DNA of 64,000 nt from Azolla caroliniana (lineage: Eukaryota > Plantae > Polypodiophyta). A program made the position numbers and the translations under genes. Under the pieces are notes generated by a model. It ran no database searches, was not told the DNA's origin, and saw only the letters and a program-made list of their open reading frames with translations. This document shows, in pieces, positions 13,979-25,552 of this stretch; the first letter of the stretch is position 1, and each line of letters opens with the position of its first letter. The DNA is taken from the NCBI GenBank assembly GCA_043228905.1, contig JBHGNT010000002.1, positions 20,336,001 through 20,400,000 on the forward strand, given 5' to 3'.

Positions 13979-16595
13979 ATGGACTGCCAAACACTGTCTG
14001 AAGCCGCCAAGAAATGGCTACGGCAACACGAACTGGAGGGTTTCTTGACGATCATGGAGATGGCGCCACACAAGGAGGCCGAAAAGATTATCAAAGACAT
14101 TGACACCAAGCTAATCACGGAGGAAGCGATCCGTGCGTTAACAGGCCTTCCGGAGGAGGGCATCTACACGATCGACAATCCTACCTCCGAGCAGCTCATC
14201 AAATATTTCAGTGAGTATTCTCTCGCCAGCAAGGGCTACAGGACACAGGGCGGCGAAGATATGTTATTCCGCGAAATTGCCCGTGTACTCCATGAGTTCG
14301 GCCACGTATACCCTCGACCCCCCGTTATGCCTCAGAACTGAGCAGGCGTGATTATCGCAGTACGAAGGGGTCAAGGTGGATTGGCCGGTGCTGATCGCCG
14401 ACAGATTGTGCACGACTATTGATACCGTAAGAGGTAAGGAAGGCAAAGAAGGCCGGAAAATATGGCATGCGGTGACACAATGGCTCACCCTATTGACGCC
14501 ACTTGTCAAGCCCGTTCAGACCAAGAAACGGGGAAGAGCAATGGACATCACCCCGAAACCTGCTTCAAAACGGCAACAGCTGTTGGCCTCCAAGGCCACT
14601 AAGGGGAAGACAACCGATGCAGAGAAGGCGGCAAAGGAGCGCGCCAACCGGAAGCAGCTGACAGACACGCACGAGGAGACACTGGCACGGTCCCTGAAGA
14701 GCCCACTCCACCGACCGGTGTAGCAAGAAACGGACACCCTGGCGGCAAGAATGAATGCCGAGACTCAGGAGGAGGAAACGGAGGAAGAGCCTATGGAGCA
14801 CCTCCAACGGCGGCCGGTGAAGAGGACCGCAGAATTAGCCGGGAAGCGTTCAGACCCACAGAAGAACGCCCGCAACCCACACTGAGAATCCCACGCCAAG
14901 GGAGGCACCGGAACCGGTTCGGATGGAACCGGTCACAGAAGTCCCTACACAACAGGTAGCACCGGCAGGCCCCGTAACTCAAGAGCCAGTTATACAAATG
15001 CCAACCTCCTCAGCCAGCCAAGAACAAGCAGAACAAATGCGGCCAGCCGAAACACAACCGGAACCTGAACGGCAAAGTGGTCAGCAGGTAGAGCCGAAAT
15101 TGCCACTCGACGCAGAAAGGCGGGACTAGCCACCGGCAAGTGAACCCATCAGCCAACCCGTCGTGCAGACGCAACAACAGGGCACTGGCAACCAATGGCT
15201 CCGGTGGATAGGAGAACAAATTGCCGGAGTAGTCGGATACGTAGAGGCGGAAGAACGAGCGCAGATGGAACGGTTGCTAGTCACAACCGATGAACTAGAG
15301 ACAGCCTGGTCAAGGATCCGGTGCCTTGAACAAGACTTGGATCGGGTCACAGAAGACATGGCCAAAATGGCCTTAACCGCCACACAGATCCAAGCATTGA
15401 GGACTCCGGTGGATGTAAATACGAATAAGACCCAGGAGATAGAAACTGTTCCGGAGAAAGATGCGGCGCAAGCCTAAGAGCTTGCCGACTTAAGAGATGA
15501 ACTTGCCGCACAAGAAGCATTACGGAGTCGTGAACGGGATTTGAAGAAGGTGGCCGAAGAAGAATTAAAGAAGACTACTGAGAACCTCCGCCCGGCAGAG
15601 GAAAACTTGCGTAAAGGACATCAAGCTTACGACCGGTTAAAGGAGGAAAAAGAGAAATTGTTGCAGGAGAAAGACAAGCTGCGACGGATGGCGGAGACGG
15701 AAATCGAAAGGCTGAAGGAAGAACTCCGTCAACAGAAGGACCGGGAGGACCGCGCGCGCCGGTAGATCAACCAGAGGCTGAAGCAGAAGACCGATGATTT
15801 TGATCATCTGCACCGCGACTACAAGCAACTACAACCTATCAAAGTCAATTGTCGCATTATAGGGAGCAGGAGGCGGACACCGTCGCGGACACAGTCAGAA
15901 TCATCAAGCAATTGCAAGAGGAGCGACAAGCCGCGGAGAACAAATCACGGATGGGAACCGAACAGATCCAGTGCATCCTCCGGGCATGGCTCACCAAGAC
16001 CAAACGCTTGATTGACGAGAGGTCTGTGCAATGGTGGATGAAATGGGTGCAAAATAGGGTGGAACTCCAGTTGCTCAGGGCGGACGTGGAAAACCGGCGG
16101 AAGGAAGGTGACGACTGTTATACGCTGACATCGGAGGACTTTACTACCATAAGGGATGAGCTGGCCGAAGATTTCACAGCCCTGGTGGATGAACAATTGG
16201 TGCAGGTCCGGCAGCTCATAGCTCAACTGGACGACAATCGGCTGGAGGCTCAAATCTAGTTTGAGAGCTATGAGCGGTCCCGGCTCCGGGAAGAAAAAGC
16301 AAGGAAGGCGGCAATGGTCAACCTTAGTGATGAGGAACCGTCGCTGGTACAAGGACCAAACAGGGACCAGGCCGGGGTCAGTCAACCAGCGACAACTCCG
16401 ACGGAGGAAACAACGAAGGAAACGCTGGTGCCTGAGCGACAAACGGAGCAGCAGCCCCAAATGGAGAAGGCACAAATGGAGCAGCCACCGCAGCAGCCAC
16501 AAACGGAACAACAGCCACAACAGCAACAACAGATTCCTGACGAGCCATTGGAAATTCTGCAGCAAAGCATTCTGGACATTTTGGACGAAGAGTAG
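13979..16595 (+). pseudogene. Extra sense ORF between integrase and 3' LTR (plant-transposon-type N-terminus, coiled coil, Q/E/P-rich tail), frameshifted
   Basis: Consecutive + ORFs 13700-14341, 14376-14723, 14923-15477, 15541-16259, 16314-16595; ITEEAIRALTGLP and DWPVLIADRL motifs; E/K/R-rich heptads. Confidence 0.65.
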
Positions 16596-16649
16596 CAAGG
16601 CCGGATAATGGGTTCGACGTACAAGGTACTGTCCCATGGGCGTGCCATG

Positions 16650-17032
16650 TGTTACCCGGCCGGCAAAGAAGGCTTAAGGATGTCCAGACCATAGTGGGAA
16701 AGGAATAGTTTATTAATATGGACAGACGGACCGATTCCGGATAGGTGCCGGTTGGCACCGTTTTGTACTTCGCACCGGAGACCTATATAAAGGCCCGATT
16801 ACAATGTAATTGACAACGGATAATTAATAGAACTTATTTCCTTAACCTTTCAGTATTGATTACCGTTCTGTACTCATTGTTATATCTTACACGTGTTAAT
16901 GACGTATTGCTAAGTAACCAATTAAGGTCTAATTAAGCGTTGTGTTGTAAGTCATCTGGCCGTAACACCCTTTGGTGAAGTGTCTTAAGTGGACACCATG
17001 TGTTAGGCTGTTGTCCGGCCCTAGGATTAACA
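16650..17032 (+). repeat. 3' LTR of outer Gypsy element (383 bp)
   Basis: Repeat of 264-701 with two internal deletions. Confidence 0.93.
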
Positions 17033-17059
17033 GAAAGGCATGCATAGGACGCAAAAGGA

Positions 17060-18953
17060 CACAAGGGAGTCATACATCTCCTTCATTTGGGCTATATAGT
17101 CGGCCACAGACATGTCTTTTTGCCGGAAATTGGTCAATTCTTGTCTGAGTTGCCAACTTACGGGCTGTGGTGCTCGCAACGAAAACCCTTTTCAGGTTTG
17201 TCCATGCTTCCTTTGGCGTTTTGGCATCCCGGATGTGGCTGAGTAGCTTGTTTGTGATGTAATAGATTACCTTGCTTGCCACTTGTTTCCAAGCCGAAAA
17301 GTCCTTGTGTGTCGCATCCGGTGCTGCAACGTTAGCTCCATTGACATAATTCCAGTATCCATGTCCGAGCAAGTACTAGTGCATCTTGTACGACCAAGAT
17401 GCATAGTTGCTTCTGTCGAGCGTTGTCGTGAAGAATGTGCTTCACGATATAAAAATAAGCTTAAAAATTTTATTTAATGATATTTGAGAGACTTGAACCC
17501 ACATCCCTATATACGAAGTACAATGTACATACCACTAGGCTAGGTTATTCATTTGTAAATGTTTGTAAAAAAAGTGCTTCATGATATAGGAATGAAGCTA
17601 TATATTGTATTGAGTAAAATAGACAGACTTGAACTCTCAACCTTGTATACCAAACACAAAGCATACACCACTAAGCTAGGTTAGTTATTTTAGAATGCAT
17701 TTTCCTCATTATACTTATCCCATATCTATTTCCATACATAGCCATCATGCATCACATGCAATGCATGTGCACCAAATGGCGATCATGCATTACATGTAAC
17801 TCATGCATTGCATGCATGCCATGCTCCCATACATTACCATATGCATGGCAACACTTATATAAAGAGGGGCAAGGAAACAAGAAGGGAATCAAGAAGAGAA
17901 AGTGGGAGAAAAGAGTCTAAACAAGTATTGAAGATATCTTATTCGGTGAAGAGCCTCACATTTCAAAGTGGAAGTCGTGGGTTCAAATCAAGGGTCGGTA
18001 TTGAAAAGATTCATCTTGCGATCAAGGATTGTAAAGTTGGTAAAATATTATATTTTTAATATACATCATGTTTATATCATATACTCTTGTTCCTTGAATC
18101 ATACTTTGTGTCAATCTTCTTTCTAGAATCATACTTTGTCTCAATCTTCTTTCTTGAATCATACATTGTCTCTATCTTTTATCTATGCTCGTCTCGCTCT
18201 CTCTCTCTCACACACACACACATTACTCGTAACTCTTCTTCTTACTATCCTTAACCATTCTATCATCACCATACAAGCCTTATTAAAAGTTAAGTTTCTT
18301 CAACTCCCCTTTAACCTTAGTCCCTGCAACTTCGCCGCACGAACCACAACTACCCCGACAACGTCTCCTCGGAAGCGAGCTAGCCATTCCTTTGTCCATT
18401 TCCTTTGTTGTTTGTTCTTCCCAGGTGTTAGGTCTTTGTATGTGTCGAAAGTTGTTGTCGACAACAGAGGATGTTCTAACCCTCGCGCTCTGATACCATG
18501 TAAAGAGTTACATGCGGAAGCGCAGACACAACCGGGTCAGTTGTATAGCAACAGATAATACACATGTTTAATGGATAGCTTCAAATACAGAGAGTATGTG
18601 GGAGAGACAAAGAGTGCAGAACATAAAACTCTATTTCAAAAATAATGAACACTCTGTACATCAAATGTGCTCAGAGAGCAGTTTTATACAAGTCCTTAAA
18701 AGGACTGAAACAATTATCATCAGTACTTGAATGCTCATAAATGAGCCCCTACACTAACTCCCAAATATATTCTTTCGCGGAATATCTTTCCAACAACCTT
18801 CTGGCTCTCATTGATCTGGCCTCACCGATCGGTCTCCGTCAAATCCGGTTCTAGGCTTCTTCAGATGATCCGGGCCTAACCGATCAGTCCAATCCGATCC
18901 AGTTCTCGGCTGCTTCAGCCGATCCAGCCCAAGTTGAGCTTGCTCGCTCAACA
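17060..18953 (-). mobile_element. Truncated Ty1/Copia element: 5' LTR (18499-18953), iMet PBS and gag fragment split by a solo LTR
   Basis: PBS TGGTATCAGAGC at 18487-18498 (minus); gag LDRSNYASWSYKM..LLGHGYW...IRDAKTPKEAW; LTR end similar to that of the 19229 element. Confidence 0.75.
17424..18360 (+). repeat. Solo LTR of the tRNA-Trp Gypsy group (937 bp)
   Basis: Termini TGTCGTGAAG...CCCGACA; 4-bp TSD GCGT/ACGT; interrupts Copia gag; termini resemble LTRs at 2782 and 54171. Confidence 0.75.
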
Positions 18954-19228
18954 AAGTATGATATGACATCCGAACAATGTTCTACCTCTAGCAAATCTGT
19001 TGTCAACCTTTGTTAGTAACCTCTTACGCATATTCTCCATGGATTTGAAAAATGTTTGATAAGAGCGGGAGTCTACTTTTTCTTATTTTACTCTTTTACA
19101 TAAATTAAGCCATTTCTCACCCTTGAGCAAATAACCCTTATAAGGCAGCCCCCTTAATTATGAAATTATTTGGTTGAATTGAGAAGTATATCTTTCATGG
19201 AAGTCTCCTACCTCTGAGGGTAGAAGAG

Positions 19229-22200
19229 TGTTAAGAATTAGGTAAGTAATTAAGCAAGGGTGAATTAGTACCTAATTATGTGATTAGTTCATAAGCGGAA
19301 GATTAAGTGATATGTGTGTGTACGTGTGTGAGAGGAAGAGAGACAGAGAGAGATACACTTATGAACAACACAAGATGGGGGATGAGTAAGTATATTAAAT
19401 TAGCATCATCATCATCAAATCCAAAAATACCCACAATGAGGTATATATACATCTCATGTGCAAAGGTGCACATGTGTGAGTAGAATATAGGTACTAATGT
19501 GTAAGTCCTATATTAAGTGTACTTAGGAGTGGAGGATCTAGAATATCCCACTTAAGTACAAGGTCCTATTTAAGGCGTTATAGTCAACACTTCTAACTAG
19601 ATTCTATCTAGGTAACTACGAAGTTACATGGTTGACTAACTAATTAAAGTAAATTGAGCTTGATCTCTCAACACGCCCTCTCAAGCTCAAGTATGGGGCA
19701 TCCGATGTCCGCTTTGGCTTTCAACGTTCGGATTTTCGATTCGGTTGAATCGGCTTCGGCTTTGGATGGCCAGTATTGTTTCCTTCGGCGTCGACGTTTC
19801 TGTGACAGTTTCGGTTCCTCCCCCTCAAGCCGGTGACGAAGGCTTGTAGTGGGTGTGCGAAGGTCAACTACTTCCACCCATCGTGGGTTACGAGCTGCTT
19901 TTGTGGAGCTCTTGGGCTCTTGTTCGGCCGCTACCTTCATCGCAAAGGCGTAATGATGGGCCATATACTCATTGCAGCCGAGCCGAGTGACAAGTTTCTT
20001 CTCTCTAGAAGAACGATGAAGTTTTTCACTTGCCGATGTGAGCACCTTCATTACTCCGGGTGTACGCATGATGGGTACACCAAACTCATTGTCTAGTGAG
20101 GGAGCCGACACATCCGAATCATTGTCGTCGGGGTGGTCGACTTCGTATTCGAGCATCTTACCTTTGCCTTTCTCTAAGTTCATACTTGGCCGTGCCATGC
20201 TTGGGTCGCCTGGGGGCTCTTGTGGCCCACTAGGCTTTACCGTAATCAGACTTTCTTCGAACATGTGTTCAAAGCGATCTCCATCTTCTACCACTTGTTT
20301 AGTGGATTCCGGGTCGAGCAGAGTCGTAGTTGTCTCTGGTGCGTACCAGGATGCGGACTCGTCGAAGACTACGTCTCGACTTACCCGAACTGCTTGGGTA
20401 GAAGGGTTTCTTCTCGGATCAGTATCCTATGAGGATACATTCCTCGGACTTTGCGTCGGGCATTTGTTGTTGTTCGTTCGGGATGCATACATTCGCAATC
20501 CTTCCGAACACCTTGAGGTGCAACAGGATCGACTTCCTTTCGACGAGGAGCTCGTATGGAGTTAGCTCATGCACTCCATTAGTGATGCATCGATTCATGA
20601 GATAGACAGCCGTGGATGCCGCTCCGGTCCAATAGAAATTCGGCATGTGCTACCTCGAGTATTTGCCGATTTTTCCTTTCGGCGACTCCATTTTGTTGGG
20701 GTGTGTGTCGGCATGGGAATTATCTCCGAATGCCTTCACTTTGGAGGTAGGAGGTGAATTCATCAAAGAAGTACTCCTTGCCTCCATCCGATCGTAGGCA
20801 TCGAATGTGCCGACCGGTTTCTTTTTCGACTTGCCCCTTGAGGTTTTGGAAGTGGGAGAGCACTTCGCTTTTCTTCTTCATCGGGTAGATCCATGCGTAG
20901 CGCGAGTGGTCGACGATGAAGGTTACATAGTATCGGCATCCGCTGATCGTTGGCGTTTGAGCCGGTCCCCATACATCCGAGTGTATGACATTGAGGAGGC
21001 CTTTGCTTGCATGGCTCTCCTTCGGGAATGGGAGTTGATGTTGTTTGCCGAGTTGACACGCTTCGCATACTCGGTCGACTTGTTTCAACTCGAATGTCGG
21101 AAGTCCGATGACGACTCCCTTGGTTTGCATCGCTCGAAGCCGTTTGAGGTTTATGTGACTGATTCTCTTGTGCCACAACTTGATGCTTGTCTCAGTTTTG
21201 AGACCTTTGGCGTACAATGCCAATTTCACCTCGTTCGAATTGAGGATGAACATTCGGCCGTTTCTCCGCCCCTTAGCTATGAGTCGGCCATCTTTCTCAA
21301 TGAAATAACCTTCATTGTTGAAGCGGACTTGCATGCCTTCTTGCACGATTTGGCCGACCGAGACCAAATTCTTCATTATTGTGGGCATGTGCAAGACATT
21401 CTTGATGCAAGTTTGCTCACCTACACAAACATATCTTCTTGCCGGATGTTGTTAAACTCTTGTCGGAGTTGAAGCTTTCAAGCGGTCGTGTTAGCAGTGA
21501 AAAGTTTCTTTAAATTCGCCCACGCCTCTTTAGGCGTCTTGGTGTCTCGAATGTGGCTAAGCATGTGGTCGTGGACACATGTTGCCAAGCAATACATTAC
21601 CCGACTCGCTCCTTTCTCCCACGTTGGGTAGTTGGTGTTTGTGATGCCGGCCTTGTTTTCGAGAGCGCCGTTAATGTAGGTCCAATACCCTTGGCCAATG
21701 AGGTATTGAGTCATCTTGTACTCCCAAAATGAATATAATTGCTCCGGTCTAACTTTTCACTAGGGACCGAGCTACCCATTTGTGTGTTCATGTTGATTAG
21801 TGTCTTCTCTTTTTGCTTTTCTTCCTTCGATCACGTATATGTGCTACGTAGTGGCACTAGGGTAGTGGATAGTCGGAATTTGTCGTCGGCGTTTCGAACA
21901 CACAATTATGAAGTCAGGTGGGCGTAGTGGATTTTCTAAACCACACGCTCTGATACCATGTTAAGAATTAGGTAAGTAATTAAGCAAGGGTGAATTAGTA
22001 CCTAATTATGTGATTAGTTGATAAGCGGAAGATTAAGTGATATGTGTGTGTACGTGTGTGAGAGGAAGAGAGACAGAGAGAGATACACTTATGAACAACA
22101 CAAGATGGGGGATGAGTAAGTATATTAAATTAGCATCATCATCATCAAATCCAAAAATACCCACAATGAGGTATATATACATCTCATGTGCACCTTTGCA

Positions 22201-22403
22201 CATGTGTGAGTAAAATATAGGTACTAATGTGTAAGTCCTATATTAAGTGTACTTAGGAGTGGAGGATCTAGAATATCCCACTTAAGTACAAGGTCCTATT
22301 TAAGGCGTTATAGTCAACACTTCTAACTGGATTCTATCTAGGTAACTACGAAGTTACATGGTTGACTAACTAACTAAACTAAGTTGAGCTTGATCTCTCA
22401 ACA
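19229..22403 (-). mobile_element. Non-autonomous, internally deleted Ty1/Copia element
   Basis: 445-bp LTRs 19229-19673 and 21959-22403; TSD AAGAG; PBS TGGTATCAGAGC 21947-21958; PPT ~19674-19690; gag and integrase fragments (WHKRISH, CEACQLGK, HSDVWGP, SDGGKEY); no RT/RH. Confidence 0.92.
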
Positions 22404-23514
22404 AAGAGCAACCATGGTTGGAATCATGAATAAGAGGTCAAACTCATATTGTGCCAATGATTACTAACAACTTTTACACCACTTTATAAAGTCACTTTAA
22501 TGGTTATTATTTGAGGATGAGTAGGAAAGGAACAAAACTATTAGTATGGTTGATGGTGGTAGATGTTACAATAGAAAGATAGTTCCCATAATTTCATACA
22601 ATATCCAATTTCTTGTTAGATATGGGATTACATTAGTAAGATTAGCCATTTTTGTTGGTTATTACCTAACACCAAGATAATGAGTATCTCACAAATTGCA
22701 TAACTACACTAAAGTCAATGATTGAGGTCGTATTGCATCTTGATTGCGGTATGCCTAATGCTTCTATGTTTGATGGCAAACATGGAGTTAAAACACATCT
22801 ACAAAATTTGAAGGCTGTATTGATGTAGTAGCAATCTAAACTGAAGTACTCGTCAAAATTCTCTTAACAAAACAATGTTCTTCTTGTGTATCGGTGCTTC
22901 CATGTCTCTTGCTATCTTTGTAGCAGCGAGACTAAATTAGTTATAGTAACGTTGTCGTGTTTCTCACACGTAATTAATATAGCGATGTTTTTTCACAAAA
23001 AACATAAAGAGAGAATACAAGTTGAGGATTGTAGAGAATAGTAGTGTAAACAAGGGGGCTATAAGTGGTGACTTGAAAGTGGAGCCTATAACTAGAGAGT
23101 TTCATTGATTAACTCTGGCGTCTACTGATCTTGAGTTTACATTCTAAGTAATAAGCTTGTAAATCAAAAAGCTAGTTGTCTCTTTAATATTCTCAAAAGT
23201 TGTTTAGGATAAAATATTTGTACTTCAATTCTTTATTCCTTTTAACATTAAATGATGTTTGGGGAAATCGTGATGCTTGTAATGGTGATTTAAGATGCAC
23301 TTTAATATTGAAGTGAAAATTAAAAGTTATATTATAACTAACTAGTCATATTGTTGAATGGTCAACTTGGAATACAGGAAATTCATCATGACGATATTGC
23401 CATGCACACCTTGGGAGCTTTACTTCCATGATCATGTCATAATGAAATTAAAATATCATTTCGTCCTCACAAAAGTAAGCATGTCATACATTTAAACTAA
23501 GCTTCTACATGCTC

Positions 23515-23522
23515 TATTTAAA
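23515..23522 (+). promoter_or_regulatory. Putative TATA box of dirigent gene
   Basis: TATTTAAA ~90 bp upstream of the ATG, followed by a CT/CA-rich leader. Confidence 0.45.
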
Positions 23523-23609
23523 GCTAGCCAAATCCTTGGAAAGGTCATTCCATATCTCTCTTGAAAACCTCATCATCAATACTTAGAATTCATCTCAATA
23601 CTTATAGCA

Positions 23610-24161
23610 ATGGCATCTAGATATAATGTTTCCTACATGAAGATGATGGTACTCATGGTGCTTCTAATGGCAACATGTGTTGTGGCAAAAAAGAAGGTGG
23701 TATTGAAGTACTACACACAACAACAAGTTGGGGTAAATGAGTTTGCGATGGTCTCAGCAGCAGCTCCTCCGGCCAAAGGCACATTAACTGGTGTTGGCCT
23801 TCAAGTGGTTTATAACTACACATTGACCAAGACAGGAAACCCAACATCGCAAGTATTGGGATCCATTCGTGGCACCTCTGTGGTGGCCTCCAACACTGTC
23901 AATGCCACCTTTTTTGTTGTCAACACCGTTGTGCATTACGTTAATCCCAAGAAAGGTGGTCTAAAGGGTACCTTCACCACACAAGGTGAGGCTGACTTTG
24001 GCAGTGGACAACCCTTCGAATTAGCCGTGACAGGCGGCACTGGTGACTTTCGTGGTGTGTATGGCTACACTGTCGCCAACAACTTCAAATTTACGCCACC
24101 TACTGGCAACTCAACTGCCAAGATCACAAAATTCTATCGAACTAGCCTTTGGTGGCTCTAA
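23610..24161 (+). CDS. Dirigent-like secreted protein (183 aa, intronless)
   Basis: Hydrophobic signal peptide; dirigent motifs LKYYTQ, SQVLGSIRG, GTFTTQG, ELAVTGGTGDFRGVYGY; N-glycosylation sequons NYT/NAT/NST. Confidence 0.88.
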   Translation: MASRYNVSYMKMMVLMVLLMATCVVAKKKVVLKYYTQQQVGVNEFAMVSAAAPPAKGTLTGVGLQVVYNYTLTKTGNPTSQVLGSIRGTSVVASNTVNATFFVVNTVVHYVNPKKGGLKGTFTTQGEADFGSGQPFELAVTGGTGDFRGVYGYTVANNFKFTPPTGNSTAKITKFYRTSLWWL

Positions 24162-24289
24162 ATTATAGATGCTTGAATTATCTTCCTTATTTCTAGGATT
24201 GATAAAAAAATACATGGCTTTAGGGAACTCTTTCTTTCTTACCAATTAATATGAATTGGTGAATGCGTTGTCTTCCTATATGTAGGAAG

Positions 24290-24316
24290 ATTTATTTATT
24301 TATTTATTTATTTATT
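24290..24316. repeat. (TTTA)n microsatellite
   Basis: Directly visible tandem repeat. Confidence 0.85.
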
Positions 24317-24469
24317 AATAATGAAACTTAATATCGTGGATCCTACAAAACCATGCAAAGATCAATTTCTAGTTTGATTTCAATGATGATAAATTATGTT
24401 ACACAATGTTTCACTATACATGCAAGATGATTGTGTTCCATATTTGAGGATTCTCATTTCTTTTGTTTA

Positions 24470-25552
24470 AGCATGTGAATGTGCAACAATAAACAATGGT
24501 GTATTGAACATTGGAATAAACCTCTCCCCTAGACATTAAATTTTAATCTCTGATGAGAACCGTAATAAAGTAATACGCCAAGAAATGTGGCAAATTTACA
24601 CTTGGTATAAATGGATCAACCCACTAGAGTCGCTCCCATGTAAAATGTTGTACTATAAGGAACACTTCATGCACTTCTCTAAGTTAGATTTTATTACATG
24701 ACCAAAATATCTAGATACATTCTTACGAAATGCACTAAGGGTTGCCATTGGACAACTTAGAATATCACCTCACCAACTTGAGATTGAGAATGGTCGTACT
24801 AATGGGGTCCCTAGAGAGGAATGGATACGTAGATTATGTCATATAGAGATAGGGGATGAGTACCACTTTACATGGAAGTGTTCAACTTACACCGAGATAA
24901 GGGAAAAATACCAAGACATACTCCGACCTTCTCTCACCCTATACAAACTATTAGATACTCTAGATATAAAGAAATTAGGCAGATATATCTTAGAGCTAAA
25001 ACAACATAGAGAGAATAAACTACAAAATGTTAACAATAACTTTTCTAATATTCACCAACATGTAGCCGATGAAGTTTTTGATAGACTGGGGAAGACGATG
25101 AATGTGGACACACATGCACCACTCGGCCTCTTCCTTGATGAAGCAGTAAACCAAAGAAGAACCAAACGCCCTTAAATACGGGGTTTAAAGCAACTCGACG
25201 TGTTGTAGAAGCAATTAAGAAAATAAGGGAACATGAGCTACACCACCTAGAAGTCATGGTTGGGGTACCTTCTACATTGGAACCACGACTCACATCCGCA
25301 TTGAAACCCTTTGACCTCCCACTTCTTTTTAAGAGACTTGGACGAAAATGAAAGTAGGCCTAGTACAAAGTCATTTTAGAATATGTTACACCATAACATG
25401 TTTGTATAATACTAGAACTCTTTTAGCTTAAGTTCAATTTTTATTTTATTTTATTTTTAATGATTGGGTATACACCGTATTTTGTTGTAAACCAATTGTC
25501 TCATGGGCCAAATTTGTCCTTAGAAGACGTTAATATATCTTTCTTTCTTTCT
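24470..25552 (+). mobile_element. 5'-truncated LINE remnant (RTE-X/L2-type C-terminus) with (CTTT)n tail
   Basis: LRVAIGQLRISPHQLEIENGR..PREE.IRRLC.IEIGDEYHFTWKC..Y; tail AATATATCTTTCTTTCTTTCT; 5' boundary approximate. Confidence 0.75.

Larger units (their letters stand above)
264..17032 (+). mobile_element. Full-length degenerate Ty3/Gypsy LTR retrotransposon, non-chromovirus Athila-like, with an extra 3' ORF
   Basis: LTRs 264-701 and 16650-17032 (TGTTACC...GGATTAACA); 5-bp TSD GAAAG at 259-263 and 17033-17037; order gag-PR-RT-RH-INT; no chromodomain or second RNase H seen. Confidence 0.93.

Noticed and set aside
17486-17682. Functional tRNA genes
   Set aside because: A/B boxes are present but acceptor and anticodon stems do not pair convincingly; reported as tRNA-like LTR modules instead.
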